Shown here: positions 63,208 to 64,000 of the stretch, piece after piece | How the letters are laid out: each line of letters opens with the position of its first letter | Numbering within the stretch: position 1 is the first letter of the stretch | Assembly (NCBI GenBank): GCA_023920165.1 | Contig: CP089275.1 | Coordinates: 3,038,001-3,102,000 of the forward strand | Reading direction: 5' to 3' | Source: Curvularia clavata | Lineage: Eukaryota | Length of the DNA stretch: 64,000 bases | The notes under the pieces: generated by a model | Databases searched by the model: none | Seen by the model: the letters and a program-made list of their open reading frames with translations, nothing else | What the model was told of the DNA's origin: nothing | Program-made: the position numbers and the translations under genes

Positions 63208-64000
63208 GGCGCCAGGTTGGTTGTTGAAATGGTAGATGGGTAGTGGATGGATAAGTGGTAGATGGATAGGCTTGAGATGAAGAGTGTGGATGAGGAAGAG
63301 AGATAGCTTGGTTGTCTGGGGATTACTCGAGAGGCAGCAGGTACCCCTTATATGTCACTCGGGGATGCTTGTAATTGTGGGTGTTTAGGTTGGTGCCGTC
63401 TGTGGGTAACACAGTAGCGCTGCCAAGAAAGTTCCGCTGAGGCTTGCGTGGACCAGACGGGCCCTGTAACTGGCTGGAACGGCTTGGTGATCTACGAAAA
63501 GCAACTGAGACGCTTCTAAAGTGTCCGCCTATGGAGCTAGTGGATATATCGACTGTGGAATACTCCGCTTAGCATAAGAGATCTGGTTCCGCAAGCGACT
63601 TGGGGCCTGGGGTTGTAGCGCGGGATGTTGCAGTGCTTCCGCACGCTTGGTCTTGGCGGGCGAGCTGTGCTTGTTGATATGGACTGGTATTGGTCCGGCG
63701 GAGTTCCGGTGAGGGATGCTTAATTGACTGATAAGACTGTAAACAGGTGCGTGTTTCGCTGCGTAAGCCTCTGGGTGCGCCTATGTGTGTGATCGGCGCG
63801 GATTCTGAGGCTGTTTGTGGAGACAAAGAGCTTGGCAAGAGAGATACACAAGCACAAGAGTGTTTCCAGTGGGTTGAGTCGAGTCCCAGTGTCGAGTGGT
63901 GTCCGTGTTTATTGGTTCCAAGTCAATTTTGAGACCGGCAGGGTGCGCTTGGGGGTCGCAATGTCTTGGAGCACTTGGGCGACTATCAAGATGGCTTGGC

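Overview
Eukaryotic, intron-rich, gene-dense euchromatin from a filamentous ascomycete (probably Dothideomycetes/Pleosporales, inferred from gene content and short ~50-65 nt GT-AG introns with CTRAC branch points). It carries about 24 protein-coding genes. These include housekeeping and signalling genes (SPO71, YVC1, SUI2/eIF2-alpha, IRC5/HELLS-type SNF2, PRS1, AVL9, HOG1, group III G-alpha) and accessory enzymes (PTH11-like receptor, ERG26-like 3-beta-HSD, P450, DUF336 heme-binding protein, GNAT, heme-thiolate peroxygenase, calpain, SMP-C2 protein, carboxylesterase, NAD epimerase). The most unusual element is a tRNA-Pro(AGG) gene at 25350-25489 (minus strand). Besides a normal 17-nt anticodon-loop intron, it has a 51-nt insertion in the D-stem/A-box that looks like a spliceosomal intron (GTAAGC donor, perfect TACTAAC branch point). 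That insertion would have to be excised at a non-AG (CG) 3' end to restore the tRNA. A 53-aa zinc-finger microprotein gene missed by the ORF track lies at 38835-38996. All calls were made by eye with no database searches, and exon boundaries are inferred.
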